Origin: Marsupella aquatica
Taxonomy: Eukaryota > Plantae > Marchantiophyta
Assembly: GCA_973895155.1 (NCBI GenBank)
Contig: OZ316891.1
Span: 26,101,899-26,165,898, forward strand
Direction of reading: 5' to 3'
Length of the DNA stretch: 64,000 nucleotides
Part shown: positions 52,911 to 63,430 of the stretch, piece by piece
Numbering within the stretch: position 1 is the stretch's first letter
Layout: every line of letters starts with the position of its first letter
Translations under genes and position numbers: made by a program
The notes under the pieces: model-generated
What the model saw: the letters and a program-made list of their open reading frames with translations, nothing else
What the model was told of the DNA's origin: nothing
Database searches by the model: none

Positions 52911-54557
52911 AAAATAGAAATAACAAGGGGGAAGAGACACAGGGTCACGATCTTGGGGGTGTTCACTAATATTACATGGACTGAGGGCCCAGGGGAGAGA
53001 AGGGAGTTGGCCACAGCAGGCCAGGGTGGCCAATCTTGGTCACGGGAGGGTTCTGGGTACACAAATGAGGGAGGGTCACCACGTATTATGCCGGGCAAAA
53101 TAGCACAAGTGGAGATTTTTTCTCTTCTTGCTTCCTTGCTTCCCGTTTCCATTTCTTTCACCCAAAATGGCCCAGCAATTTTTAATTACAACCACGCAAA
53201 AGAAGGCACAACATTGTGACTACTATAGTTTTTGACAAGGACCCAGGGCTTTGACATGGTCAACTCAGGGGTCACTAGAAGAAAACGTCCCCTTTTGAGA
53301 CCCTATGCTTTGTGACTTTAGGGAGACTTTCAAAAATACATGACTCCAAGTTTAGGGGAGTCATTGTTGTTACATTTTATCAACTGATTTTTGGGGGATA
53401 TTTGTGAAAGTCATTCCTACAACTTCTGATAAAGTAGCAATTGTAACACTAGTAGGGCAGTCATATGTAAGTTGAATAAGCTACTCTCCATTACGGCATT
53501 CTGAAATAGAGTGCAAGAAGGGGTACATGCACTCTAGACATCACGGAATGTTCCATTTACAACCCTTGACTTGCAACTTGCGGAGTCGGGAGCACTAGGT
53601 TCACATAGAAGGAATGGGGGTGGGTGGGTTGCAGAACTAGTTAAATGTCTTCGTGACAAGAGCATTGTAGTTATCCTAGCCTAATTAAACGTGCATGGGA
53701 GTACTTGCCTCTATAATAGTAAGTCTTATGCTGCTCAATGGATTCCTTAGAGTTCATGGGCAACTTTGACAAGAATATTAATTGGGGTGACATCATTTCC
53801 AATTCAGGGCTAAAGTAGTGTCTGGCCCCCATTCTTTGTCCACCCTCCCTAAGTGGCATGTGTAAGGCTTAATTTACAGTTGCATTCTAAGGGGTTACAG
53901 TTGCGTTCATTTAATCTTTGCTCACAAAGTGTCGTGTCCAATTTGCTTTAGGGTACTAACATGTGCATCAACGGCTCATGTCAACGCAAAGTGGTCAAGG
54001 CTCATTGGGTTTGGTTCACTAAGTGTCACTAAGTGTTAAGGTATGCTTTGTGCGTGAGTGTGCCTTTGGACACGAGTTTAGGGTGCGCGGGTTTTGTTTA
54101 GGGTTTAAACACGCCAGCAGAGTGCAAAGTTTAGTTCAATGTGCGTGGGAACTCGAAGGTTTTTGTTTCAGAAAAACTTGCTTGTCCATTACGGGGACAT
54201 TCGTCGTGCCTGAAGGTCAGCACATTGTGCGCGGTCTCACGAAGTGGGGAGTGTGCTTCGCGATCGGGGCAGTTCCTTCGCGTAGGGAAGTTTTGTGCTT
54301 GGAGCTTGAAGGTCTAGAGCATTCAAGCTGAGAGGGCGACCGGCTTGCGGAGTGGAGAGGTGAGCTGCAGTGGGCGACAAGCTCTAGGACTGGGAGGAGC
54401 TGTGGGCAGGCAGGAGCTGCAATTTGGGAGCTGCTCTGGCCGCCGGTCTGGCCGAGGAGCTACGAGCGGAGAGGAGCTGGAGTGGAGCTGGAGTGGAGTG
54501 CAGCTTCTGTCACACACTGCTGAGGATTGCTATGTAGCTTCAGTTTGGGCGGCGGTG

Positions 54558-54680
54558 TGAGCGGAGGTGCTGAGAGCGGAGGTGAGAGCGGAGGTGCTAA
54601 GAGCGGAGGTGCAAGCGGAGGTGCTGAGGGCGGAGGTACGAGCGGATGTGCTAAGAGAGGAGGTGGTAAGAGAGGTGCTA
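54558..54680. repeat. GC-rich 12-15-bp minisatellite (gagcggaggtgct)
   Basis: About 9 degenerate units; produces a spurious Gly-rich ORF. Confidence 0.8.
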
Positions 54681-54954
54681 TTGGATCACTGAGAAGGCTG
54701 CAACCTCTCTATCTTATTCCTACTATTTGGCGGTTGCAGTTGGAAGGAGGGTCGAGTGGCAAACATTTTGTCAGTTGAGGACTCAGCTGCGGGTTTGTCA
54801 TTTCCTGGAGCTCAATCGCCTGCTGCTAAGACTACTGTTGCTGCAATTGCGAGTTGCTCGATCATGAGCTACCTAGCTCCATTGTGAGTTGCCTCCCTAT
54901 TCTCCTTATTCTCCCTGTCTCCCCCAGGTTGCTTGCAGTTACTATCGCCGGGAA

Positions 54955-55753
54955 GAATGTGTTTGGCCAAGATGCTAGATTGCGACTTGTCTTCTTGCTT
55001 CTAGCTCGTGTATATGCTGGCATCCGTGGGGGTTCCTTGAGTTTGAGTCTGCAGAGGAAGAGTCTATCATAGTCTAATTAAATGTGGGCCATATTACTCT
55101 AGTCAATGAATGAGTTCCCTGGAAATAGAACCTCTCTGATTATAGAGGTGCGATTTGGTCAGAATTTTTTCCCCTCTCATTGTATCCACTGATGCCAACT
55201 CACTTTCATCACCTCAATTATGAACAATGAGTGTAGTCTCAGGCTCCATACTGCCTATACTGAATGGTCTAGCTGCAATGTCCACCTCGGCTGAAGTGAG
55301 CTCTGACTTGGAGCCTTAACATTTGTGTTCTATGGGGCTGAGCAAAGTTGGTTCCATCCAGAAGCTGCTCTACTGAAGTGATCGAGCTCCGGCTTGGAGG
55401 TGGATCTTCACTTTTTTGTGGATCTGAGTGACTTCTGTCTAGCTGGGCTTAGCTGAGTCAGTAATACATTCAAAAGAGGTGAGTATCCCTGACCAACATT
55501 TATGCTTAAGGAACCTGCATTTCCTTCCCTGTCCCCATGCTATCTCCACTGCACCTTCCACTGCTAGCTATGTTGATTCCTTCCACTGCTAGCTCTAGAC
55601 AATGATGCAGTCCAAATGCTGATCAGTCTCACTGGGGGTGCCGGTGCAGACATGACTCGCATTGTGTGATTGTAGTTTTGCTTTGTTGGGACGAATGTGT
55701 TTGGCTAAGATGCTAGATTGTGGCTTGTCTTCTTGCTTCCATCTCGTGTATAT
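54955..55753. repeat. 61-bp direct repeat pair 738 bp apart
   Basis: gaatgtgtttggc.aagatgctagattg...ctcgtgtatat at 54955-55015 and 55693-55753. Confidence 0.85.
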
Positions 55754-58427
55754 TCAATTAGTAGAAGCTGGGAACAAAGTGAAAATTGAATTTCCTTATA
55801 TTAAGCATCCCGACCTAGAAACTCAATACATAAACTCCAGGAGTCCCTTGGGACATAAAATGAGCCAAATTGTTTCAAAATTGGGAACCTGCAAAATTGG
55901 GAACCTGCAATTGGGAACCGGCAACTCAAACAAATGTGTTGGGCCTGGTGGCCTTGTAAGTCGTCTTCAGCTTTCGCGATGGAGGTTGAATCTTGCGGTA
56001 CGTCAAGGGGAACTTGACCTTTGAATCATGGAACTGCTTGGTACTTTCTCGCTTGCACAGAGAGACAGGGACTGTCGTAGTCTTGATGATCTGGATGCAA
56101 GGGAACCGAACTCTATGACAAGAAGCCATCTCATCCTACATCTACTCTACAGCTCCGTTCAATGTGGTATCACGATATTCCTTGTACATGTTGTGATAAC
56201 CTGTACGACTCTAATACCTCACCCAGATACCAAAGTTCTTAATTGTGGTGGGCTTCTTTCCGAAGATCTGGTAGACACATTATTCAGCATTTGCTAACTT
56301 CAAAACTAGAAGGGACACATTAACCAACAGAGAAACTCACAACATCCTCCTTTGGTCCTTCAGAGTCTGTACTTTGATTATGAAGTTTGAGTGAGTTTCT
56401 GTTTACTAAAAGAATGTGACTGTGTAAGAGTTCCGTTTGGCAGTGGATTGGTTGAAGCACTTCATGCTAGTGTGTTGTCCACAACTCTTCAACCAGCTTT
56501 TGTATTCCTTGTCTTTCACCACTTACGATGACATCAATCCAGCTAAAACCATAGAAGGTTCCAAAGCATCTAACTTGTAAAATCGCATTCTATTACATCA
56601 AGGACTAAGGTGTTGGGTGCCAAAGGAGACAACACAACAAACACGCTGAAAAGACTTCAGGACTAGGTTCAACAAGGTAGTGAAGGTGCTTAAAGCCATA
56701 GTAAGTATGCATTTTGTATCTTTCTTTGTTGATGTGAGCTTGTGCATAATGGGAGTTGTAGTTGGCAAGAGTTCCATAAGGCCAAATATGAATAGATCCA
56801 GAAGTATGTGTATGAACCAAGTGTAGAGTTGACTCTTTGTAAATATTGTAGTCTCTTTCTGAACGTACAGTTTGGTATGGCCAACGCCATGCGATTATGT
56901 ACTTGCTCTATAAAGTTCTGAAGATATAAGCATTTTCTGTTAGACCAGGCAACTTGGGAGTTGGTAAGTGTCACCTGCATCTGAGGGGCTACACCGGGGG
57001 CATCAGTGGAGGTTCACTTGCACAACACGACAGCCAGTGAATTTTCTCTCTACTGCAACCTGCAAGGTGAGACTTTCGGTCTTTCTGGATGAAAACACAG
57101 GATTTTAATATGATTGATATACATGTCCATCGAGAACATGGGTTTATCACCAAGCTCTTTGTCTTAGGAAACTCATACACTCAGAATCAAATATGTACTA
57201 TGCATGTTTCATGCTATGTGTATACTATGACCTGTAGTTGGAACCAAGACAGTGAGTGGGAACTGATTAGTTTAGGTTGGTTGCTGTTGGCAAGGCCTCC
57301 TACTCACCTTGCTCATCAAAGGACGTGAATAGAGGACATCACAACAAAAGCAACACTTATGGTGAGGACCCGCAACGCTGAACATGTGCGGCTTGCACGC
57401 AAGGCAGAGATGTTGTGCCTTGAGTATGTCAGACTTGGGATCCTTCCAGCCCAGTCTGCATAGTACTTTGAGTACCCTGTTGTTTCCAGGAACAACTACA
57501 GCCGGCCTTTACCTGCTTCAGTACCCATCCCAACGTCCTTGGTATTTGTGTCTCTTGTACATGACCCGCCACAAATTAGGTGCCAAGGGTGTGTGCACAG
57601 TTGCCAATATGACTGTCCTGCCTGCAGGGCTTCTGGCCCAGAATTGGATGACCGTTCTCTTGGATGCCGATTTTTGCACAGAGCACAGTGTATCATTTGG
57701 AACCACTCGCCATCCTGCAGTGTGCCTGGTGATGTCACTTGTCCTGCCCTCCCAGACCCCACCACTGGTGGCTTTGGTGTCTACACATGTTTGGATCACA
57801 TGCTCTAGAGGACCACTTGTCACACCGCATGCACAGACCAGATACCATGATTGACCTATACCTTAACACTCTGACTTCAACACAGAGGATATTTACTTAA
57901 AATTTTGATGTATGAGCAATTTTGGGTCCAGGGTTTAGGGTCAATAGTACACAACTTATCCTATCATGCCTGCACTAAGCAAAATATCCTAATTTAAGGG
58001 GCTAGCAAACTCGCTTAAAAGTCTCTATTGAAAGTCTGCTTTAATATTGCTTTAACCTGGTGAACATTGCAACGTTTAATGAATTAATGGGCAATGTGAT
58101 AACCTGCAAAATGTGATTTATGCCTCACTTATTTGTCTCAGCCACTATCATAGCCTATTTAGGATGTATAAATTCCAACCCTTATGACACTGCTTCATAC
58201 CAATCCTCTTCAAAGAATGCCTGTTTTACATGTCACGACTATTGTATGTGATTGAAATGCATGAAATGTTGATGCAGATCTCCTTTGGTGAATCATAGCC
58301 ACAATTAAAATTGAGGTGTTGGTAAAGCAATTGTATTAGGGGATCAGTTTTGTGTGTGGGCTCAACATACCAAAAGTATGTCTGCTCTGCATCCTTGTGT
58401 GGCCATTCCAATTCATTGCAGTAGCAC

Positions 58428-58569
58428 ATGCCTTTGTACCTTAAATGCTAAATATATTTTACTTTCTATGCAGTCTGCTAAATTGTAGAGTCTATCTAAA
58501 TGCCTTTGTACCTTAAATGCTAAATATATATTACTTTCTGTGCAGTCTGCTAAATTGTAGAGTCTATCT
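58428..58569. repeat. 72-bp tandem duplication immediately upstream of the PHD ORF
   Basis: atgcctttgtaccttaaatgctaaatatat...gtagagtctatct at 58428 and 58500. Confidence 0.9.
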
Positions 58570-58580
58570 CATGCGCAGGC

Positions 58581-59261
58581 ATGGCACGGCCTAAAATTCA
58601 AGCCAAAAAGCGTGTGACAGAGGTGAGAAACACAGGTGTACTTGGGGCAGATGCTACTAACTTCTCTGCAAGTCAGATTTTCCAGAAGGCAGCTCATTGT
58701 TGTGCCATTTGTGATGATGGTGGGGGCCTGGTCATTTGTGAGGGCCCTTGCATGAGGCATTTCCACCTCAACCCGGAGTCTGATCTTGCTGCAGAAAACA
58801 ACTGTCCAGGGGTGGGCCTCCCGTCAACACACCAGGGAGACTGGATGTGCACTGATTGTTTGGAGAAGCAGGCTAAGTGTGCACAGTGTGGGAAGTTGGG
58901 GTCCTATGAGGGCTCTGTTGATGCTGCAGCAAATGTTAGGAAATATCCAGACCGTTTTTGTGTGAGATTTTTCTGTTTTGAGTGTTTGCCTGCTCATGCC
59001 ATAGCTTGCCCACTTCATAGGTGCAAGGCATGTGATGAGCATGATCATGAGTACTGGACTGACATAGTCCACTGTGCTAGGTGTCCCACCATGTGGCACT
59101 ATCATTGCCTGAAAGATCGTCAAGCAGAGGGTTATGCTTGTGACAGAGAAATCTATGATCACTCTGCACATGGTGCTGATCGATGGATATTTTATTGTCA
59201 TCGCCATGCCATTGATCCTACCTTGCGCACTCCTGTGAGAGATCACATATCTTGGTTGTGA
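58581..59261 (+). CDS. Stand-alone EDM2-type composite (tandem) PHD zinc-finger protein, 226 aa, TE-borne
   Basis: CAICDDGGGLVICEGPCMRHFH...C...WMCTDC...CAQCGKLG...CPLHRCKAC...CARCPTMWHYHCL...YCHRHAIDPTLRTPVRDHI mirrors the EDM2 PHD region (CAICDNGG..CCEG.C.RSFH...CPLHKC...CRRCP..YH..CL...YC..HEID..L.TPVRDH). Basic N-terminus; ATG follows a gcag acceptor-like site. Confidence 0.85.
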   Translation: MARPKIQAKKRVTEVRNTGVLGADATNFSASQIFQKAAHCCAICDDGGGLVICEGPCMRHFHLNPESDLAAENNCPGVGLPSTHQGDWMCTDCLEKQAKCAQCGKLGSYEGSVDAAANVRKYPDRFCVRFFCFECLPAHAIACPLHRCKACDEHDHEYWTDIVHCARCPTMWHYHCLKDRQAEGYACDREIYDHSAHGADRWIFYCHRHAIDPTLRTPVRDHISWL

Positions 59262-59854
59262 AGCTAAACATTGTACATGCATAGTGCACCTGATGTGGAT
59301 GTACTATTTTTTGAGATTGCAGAGATTCCAATTTTGAAAAGGAGTTGGGTAGGCGAGTTTATATAGGCAGCACTTATCTTGTGCTCTGGCGTCAGTGGCT
59401 GGGTACATGCCTATAAAAACTTATCCTTACAAGCGTTCTTGGAAGTATTTAGGCTGAGTGGTCATTTTCATAAACACTTTCATCAGACTGCTAAATTAAA
59501 ACAGGACTTCTAAGTTGTAAGCGTATAAATTATCAGGCATGCAATTAATTAAATTGCCCTATAAGTTTGTCATTGAATGTATCCTCCTTTACAACAAAAT
59601 ATGTATGTGCCATGACAAGTTGGTTACACTTCATTTCACCTTCGATATGGATTTTTGTAGTATATATTCAAACAATGTCCTGCATCCGTGCAGGTGCCTA
59701 GTACATATTGTTCACATATCCCTTGTACCTATCAAAATCGGACCTGAGCACCAGTGGGCCAGATCAACTCAAAAAGCAGGAATTTTGTTGTCCTTGTATT
59801 GTCAGGTGAACCCATTCTTCCAAAATTCACTGTCATCACGTAGGGTGTGTGTAC

Positions 59855-61045
59855 ATGGAGCCTGGGAAACGTAGAAAGTGTGACCACCCAACAGTGTTTA
59901 CAGGGGTCAGAGCCATTTTGGTCCATGGCCAGCATGGGTTGACCAAAGTGCATTGGCCAACTGTACAGAAACGATTCTCTGAGCTCCATGGCACTGTAGT
60001 TCAGGACATCACTCCAAAGACTACACATGTTGTTGCAGGGACATGGCTATCAGTGATAAAGAAGTGGTCATGGTCCTACATGAATTCTGCAATTACTAAG
60101 CAAGGCCTAAAAGTAGTTGAGGCCTCTTGGATCACAGATTCCATAGCACATAAGATTGTACAGGATACTGAGCAATATGAGTTGTGGGAGGATGAAGAAG
60201 CTACTGCATCAGCTTGGGCTGAACAAGAAGTCTGGGAAGCAAAGGCACGGCTTGCTGATCTCCAATATGGACCTGTACTCAACAAAGGACAGAGCTCTAC
60301 AAGGCTGAAGAGTATGTTGGCTGAGGAGACAAAGCAACCAACCCCCATTCTGAAAGGGCTGAACATGGTATTTGTGGAGGTGGGAATTGGAGAGGTTAAG
60401 TGCAAAGTGTACAAGTCCACAGTGCTTGACCTAGGTGGGATAGTGGAGGAGAATATAACAGAGGACACCACTCATGTCATTACTAAGTCATATCCCAAAG
60501 CCTGCCGCAAGTTTGGGAAGGGAGACATTCGCTTTTATCAATCTATTCATTAAAAGTGAATTATTATTCAATTTATGAACATTTGGGTAACAAAAGTGTA
60601 CATTTGGCTTTCAAAAAGTGTACAATTGGACAAGAAATAAAGATGCTTGCCATCAAATGTACCACCATGTTCATCCTTTGTAAATAAACTAGGATGAGAC
60701 TCCTTCTAGTAAAGATCATTTTTTCACCCTCAAGTTTACAATTGATCATTTAGGTGTAGAGTAGTGTACATTTAGAGAACAAAAAGTGAACATTTAGAGG
60801 CCTAAAAGTGAACAAAATAAAATACACTTTTAATGAATACAGTGATTTTTATGTCATGTCCCATAATGTGTTTGTGGTTTCATATGCTTGGCTTGTGGAA
60901 TCAGTAGCAGTTGGGAAACGTCAAAACCCAATGGACTATAGATGATCTTTTTGAGGCCTGGCCACGAAAGGGTCAGGATCCTTATAGAGAGGACTATGAG
61001 ACAACAAGTGAGGAATGGGTCATTAGCGATTCTGAATCAGAGTGA
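59855..61045 (+). pseudogene. Tandem BRCT-domain protein (DNA polymerase lambda-like BRCT), second BRCT split by a MITE
   Basis: MEPGKRRK (NLS-like). BRCT1 VFTGV...GTVVQDITPKTTHVV...VVEASWITDSI; BRCT2 ILKGLNMVFVEVGI...LGGIVEE...TTHVI, resuming after 60840 as VVSYAWLVESV...NPMDY. An acidic tail follows in a shifted frame to TGA 61043-61045. Confidence 0.75.
60544..60839. mobile_element. AT-rich MITE-like insertion with perfect 15-bp terminal inverted repeats
   Basis: tattcattaaaagtg (60544-60558) / cacttttaatgaata (60825-60839); internal aaaagtg(t/a)aca repeats. Confidence 0.7.
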
Positions 61046-61243
61046 GGAGTAGTAGCATCAGTTTGGACACAAGTTTTTTTGTATAAATCAGATCATTGAA
61101 ATAAATGTGATCTTTGAACTAATGTACCTTTGGTGGCAGTTGGGCTTATTTTACTGTTGGCGGATTGTTGTTTCCTGCTGCCTGGGGGTGTCACTGTAAA
61201 TGTACTGGGTGGGCTCAAATCTTGGCGGCAGACTTTGGTGGGT

Positions 61244-61675
61244 ATGTTGCCTTTCCTAGATCAACAGGCGCTATTACGGCTCCTCCTCCGGGTTGCCATA
61301 TGGCTGGCCACAGTTAGGACTCTCTTGCATGGGTTGGTGCTAAAACATTTCTTGGCACCGCCTGAGGATGCAAGAGACGCTGAATCTATCGTGAATGAGG
61401 ATGCACAGTTGGAAGTGGACATCTACTTTTCAGCAGATGAGTTAGACAAGCCCGATGTTGTAGGTGGTTCCTTGTTGCCTGATTTGGCAGATGATATAGT
61501 TCTTTCACATGTCTGGCCGAGGGTTCTCGTGGTGTCCTGTGCACAAGATATCTGCAAATATAGACAAATTAATACACGGTGGAGGGACTTGGTAGCAACT
61601 TGCCCCCAGTGGAGGGCATTGCATCCACTGCTTGTAGGCACGGATGCAAGACCCCATGGCATGAGCAATGTTTAG
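61244..61675 (+). CDS. F-box domain protein (TE-borne, possibly truncated)
   Basis: LLPDLADDIVLSHVWPRV...ICKYRQINTRWRDLV matches the plant F-box consensus LPxLPDDxxxxxLxRV...xxVCRRWRxLV; first in-frame ATG at 61244. Confidence 0.6.
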   Translation: MLPFLDQQALLRLLLRVAIWLATVRTLLHGLVLKHFLAPPEDARDAESIVNEDAQLEVDIYFSADELDKPDVVGGSLLPDLADDIVLSHVWPRVLVVSCAQDICKYRQINTRWRDLVATCPQWRALHPLLVGTDARPHGMSNV

Positions 61676-62102
61676 ACCTTGATGATTTAATGTACATGTA
61701 CCTGAGGTCTGAGTGGCATCGAGAACAGGGTTGGTACCCATATCTCACCTGGTAATAAGGTGAGATATCTGATACCACTCTCACACCTGTGCCTGTGACT
61801 ATACATGACTGGACTATGATATGGTCATGGGTGTACATGCAGAGGTGGTACATTTGAGGATAGCAGAGGAGGTGGTGACACCCTCCAATATTTAGGAATT
61901 TTGTGTCATTCACTTGACAATAGGTACACTACTCGCGAACCTGTTTTTTTCTTTTGAGGTGGTTTAGGGTTTGTGAGAATTTTGGTACACGTTATGTTAA
62001 CTCTTTTGGCAGATACAGTCAGGGATATATGGAACACAAATACCACCATTAGGCATCCTTGTTTCCTGCTGTCCATGACTGCAGAGCTCCCAGCCTGTTA
62101 CA

Positions 62103-62566
62103 ATGCACCCTGGTCACCACCCTCCCCAGACCCAGCCTAGGGCACAAGCACTGCCTTTGCATCATCCCACAAGGATATCACGCCATGATGATAAGCTTTG
62201 GCAGCGTGAAAGGTTACAAACCAGACTTTCAGGAGCCAGTAGGATGAGATGTCCTTGTGCAATCTGCCAAGGATCCCGTACCAGAGGTCTGAATGAGGTT
62301 TGGCGGCATATCGCGGTTCATGGAAGAGATCCACGACATCGAGTTTGGAATGATCCTACAGAGGAAGATTCTTCCGACGAGGAGTGGAGGTTAGAATTTG
62401 ATGCTACCAATGCTGCAAGACGGGCAAGTGAGGTTCTGCCTGGTGCATTTGAAAATGTTGTAGCTGGTCTCTGTGGGTTGTCAGCTCTCCAACGGGATGG
62501 TGCTCAGGCAGCACCACGTGACGAAGGAATTCATGTGGAAGAGATGTGAGAGACATCTTCCAAGAC
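62103..62566 (+). pseudogene. CACTA transposase N-terminus (Transposase-associated domain), truncated
   Basis: RMRCPCAIC...EVWRHIAVHGRDPRHRVW followed by an acidic stretch matches the CPCxxC..HL..GF...W motif that precedes Transposase_21 in TnpD. A frameshift near 62546 continues as RDIFQD, then coding ends. Confidence 0.7.
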
Positions 62567-62871
62567 TGTGACGGGGTCCCCGTCTCAAAAGGTCACCATT
62601 AGGTGTTATTGGCAAGATGCATGTAAATAAATAAGCCAATATACACAATAGTTTTTCAAAAAAAAATTAAGTTAATCATCCCGGTGTGTGTTCATGTTGC
62701 TTTGGAGGGCCGGGGCTATTTGAACCCGGGAGGAACTATTTTTTTTAATTGACCCTTTTCTCCCTTGGGTCTTGTCGTTGTGGGAGAAGAAAATTAGGCA
62801 TCTTAAGGGGATACCACCCATTAATATTTGGAGACCCCGGCAGTTTTTCTTGGCCCCGGTATAATATGGCA

Positions 62872-63075
62872 GAGGAGCCCGCGAGCCATGGGGCGCGAGA
62901 TGGAGGGTCGCCCTGCGAGTAGGCGGAGCCCCGAAAGGGTTTGCCGGGGCGTAAGTGAGGGGCAGCCGGGGAGGAGGAGCCCGCGAGCCATGGGGCGCGA
63001 GACGGAGGGTCGCCCCGCGAGTAGGCGGAGCCCCGAAAGGGTCTGCCGGGGCGTAAGTGAGGGGCAACCGGGGAG
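62872..63075. repeat. GC-rich 102-bp tandem duplication
   Basis: gaggagcccgcgagccatggggcgcgag...gtaagtgaggggca.ccggggag at 62872 and 62974. Confidence 0.95.
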
Positions 63076-63430
63076 GGAAAATTAGCAAAGGAGCCACGGG
63101 GTTTCTTTATTTTTTCCTTCCTATTTTCTCACTTCCTCTCTTTTGCAAGACCAACTCATTGCCAAAAGCAAAAACTCGGGCTCTCTCTCAACTCTTGCCG
63201 AAAGCTCTCTCCACATTTTGCAATTATTCTGAAAGCCCTTTCTCATGGTCAATTGTTGGGGCTTGTTGGCATGATTCTTCCGAGCATTAGCGGCAGCAGC
63301 ACGGAGTGGCTTCTGAGGGAATTGAGGGTAATTGATTGATCGGGATACGGGGGCCATTTCGGGCCAGGGGATTGACATTGCTACGGGTGACGGGATTTGG
63401 TGATTGAGGATTTGATTTCTGGATGCATGG

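Larger units (their letters stand above)
53273..62611 (+). mobile_element. CACTA/EnSpm-type DNA transposon, internally deleted, carrying PHD, BRCT and F-box ORFs
   Basis: Left TIR CACTAGAAGAAAA at 53273; Transpos_assoc-like transposase N-terminus at 62103-62566. Subterminal palindrome tgtgacgggg-t-ccccgtctca (62567-62587) and gtctcaaaagg (62582-62592) are inverse to ccttttgagac near the left end. The right TIR is degenerate and no TSD was confirmed. Confidence 0.6.

Noticed and set aside
54527-54778. Gly-rich ORF
   Set aside because: Translation of the gagcggaggtgct minisatellite.
37988-61972. Scattered tttaggg/telobox motifs (37988, ~54075-54105, 57931, ~61963)
   Set aside because: At most two units each; not an interstitial telomere array.
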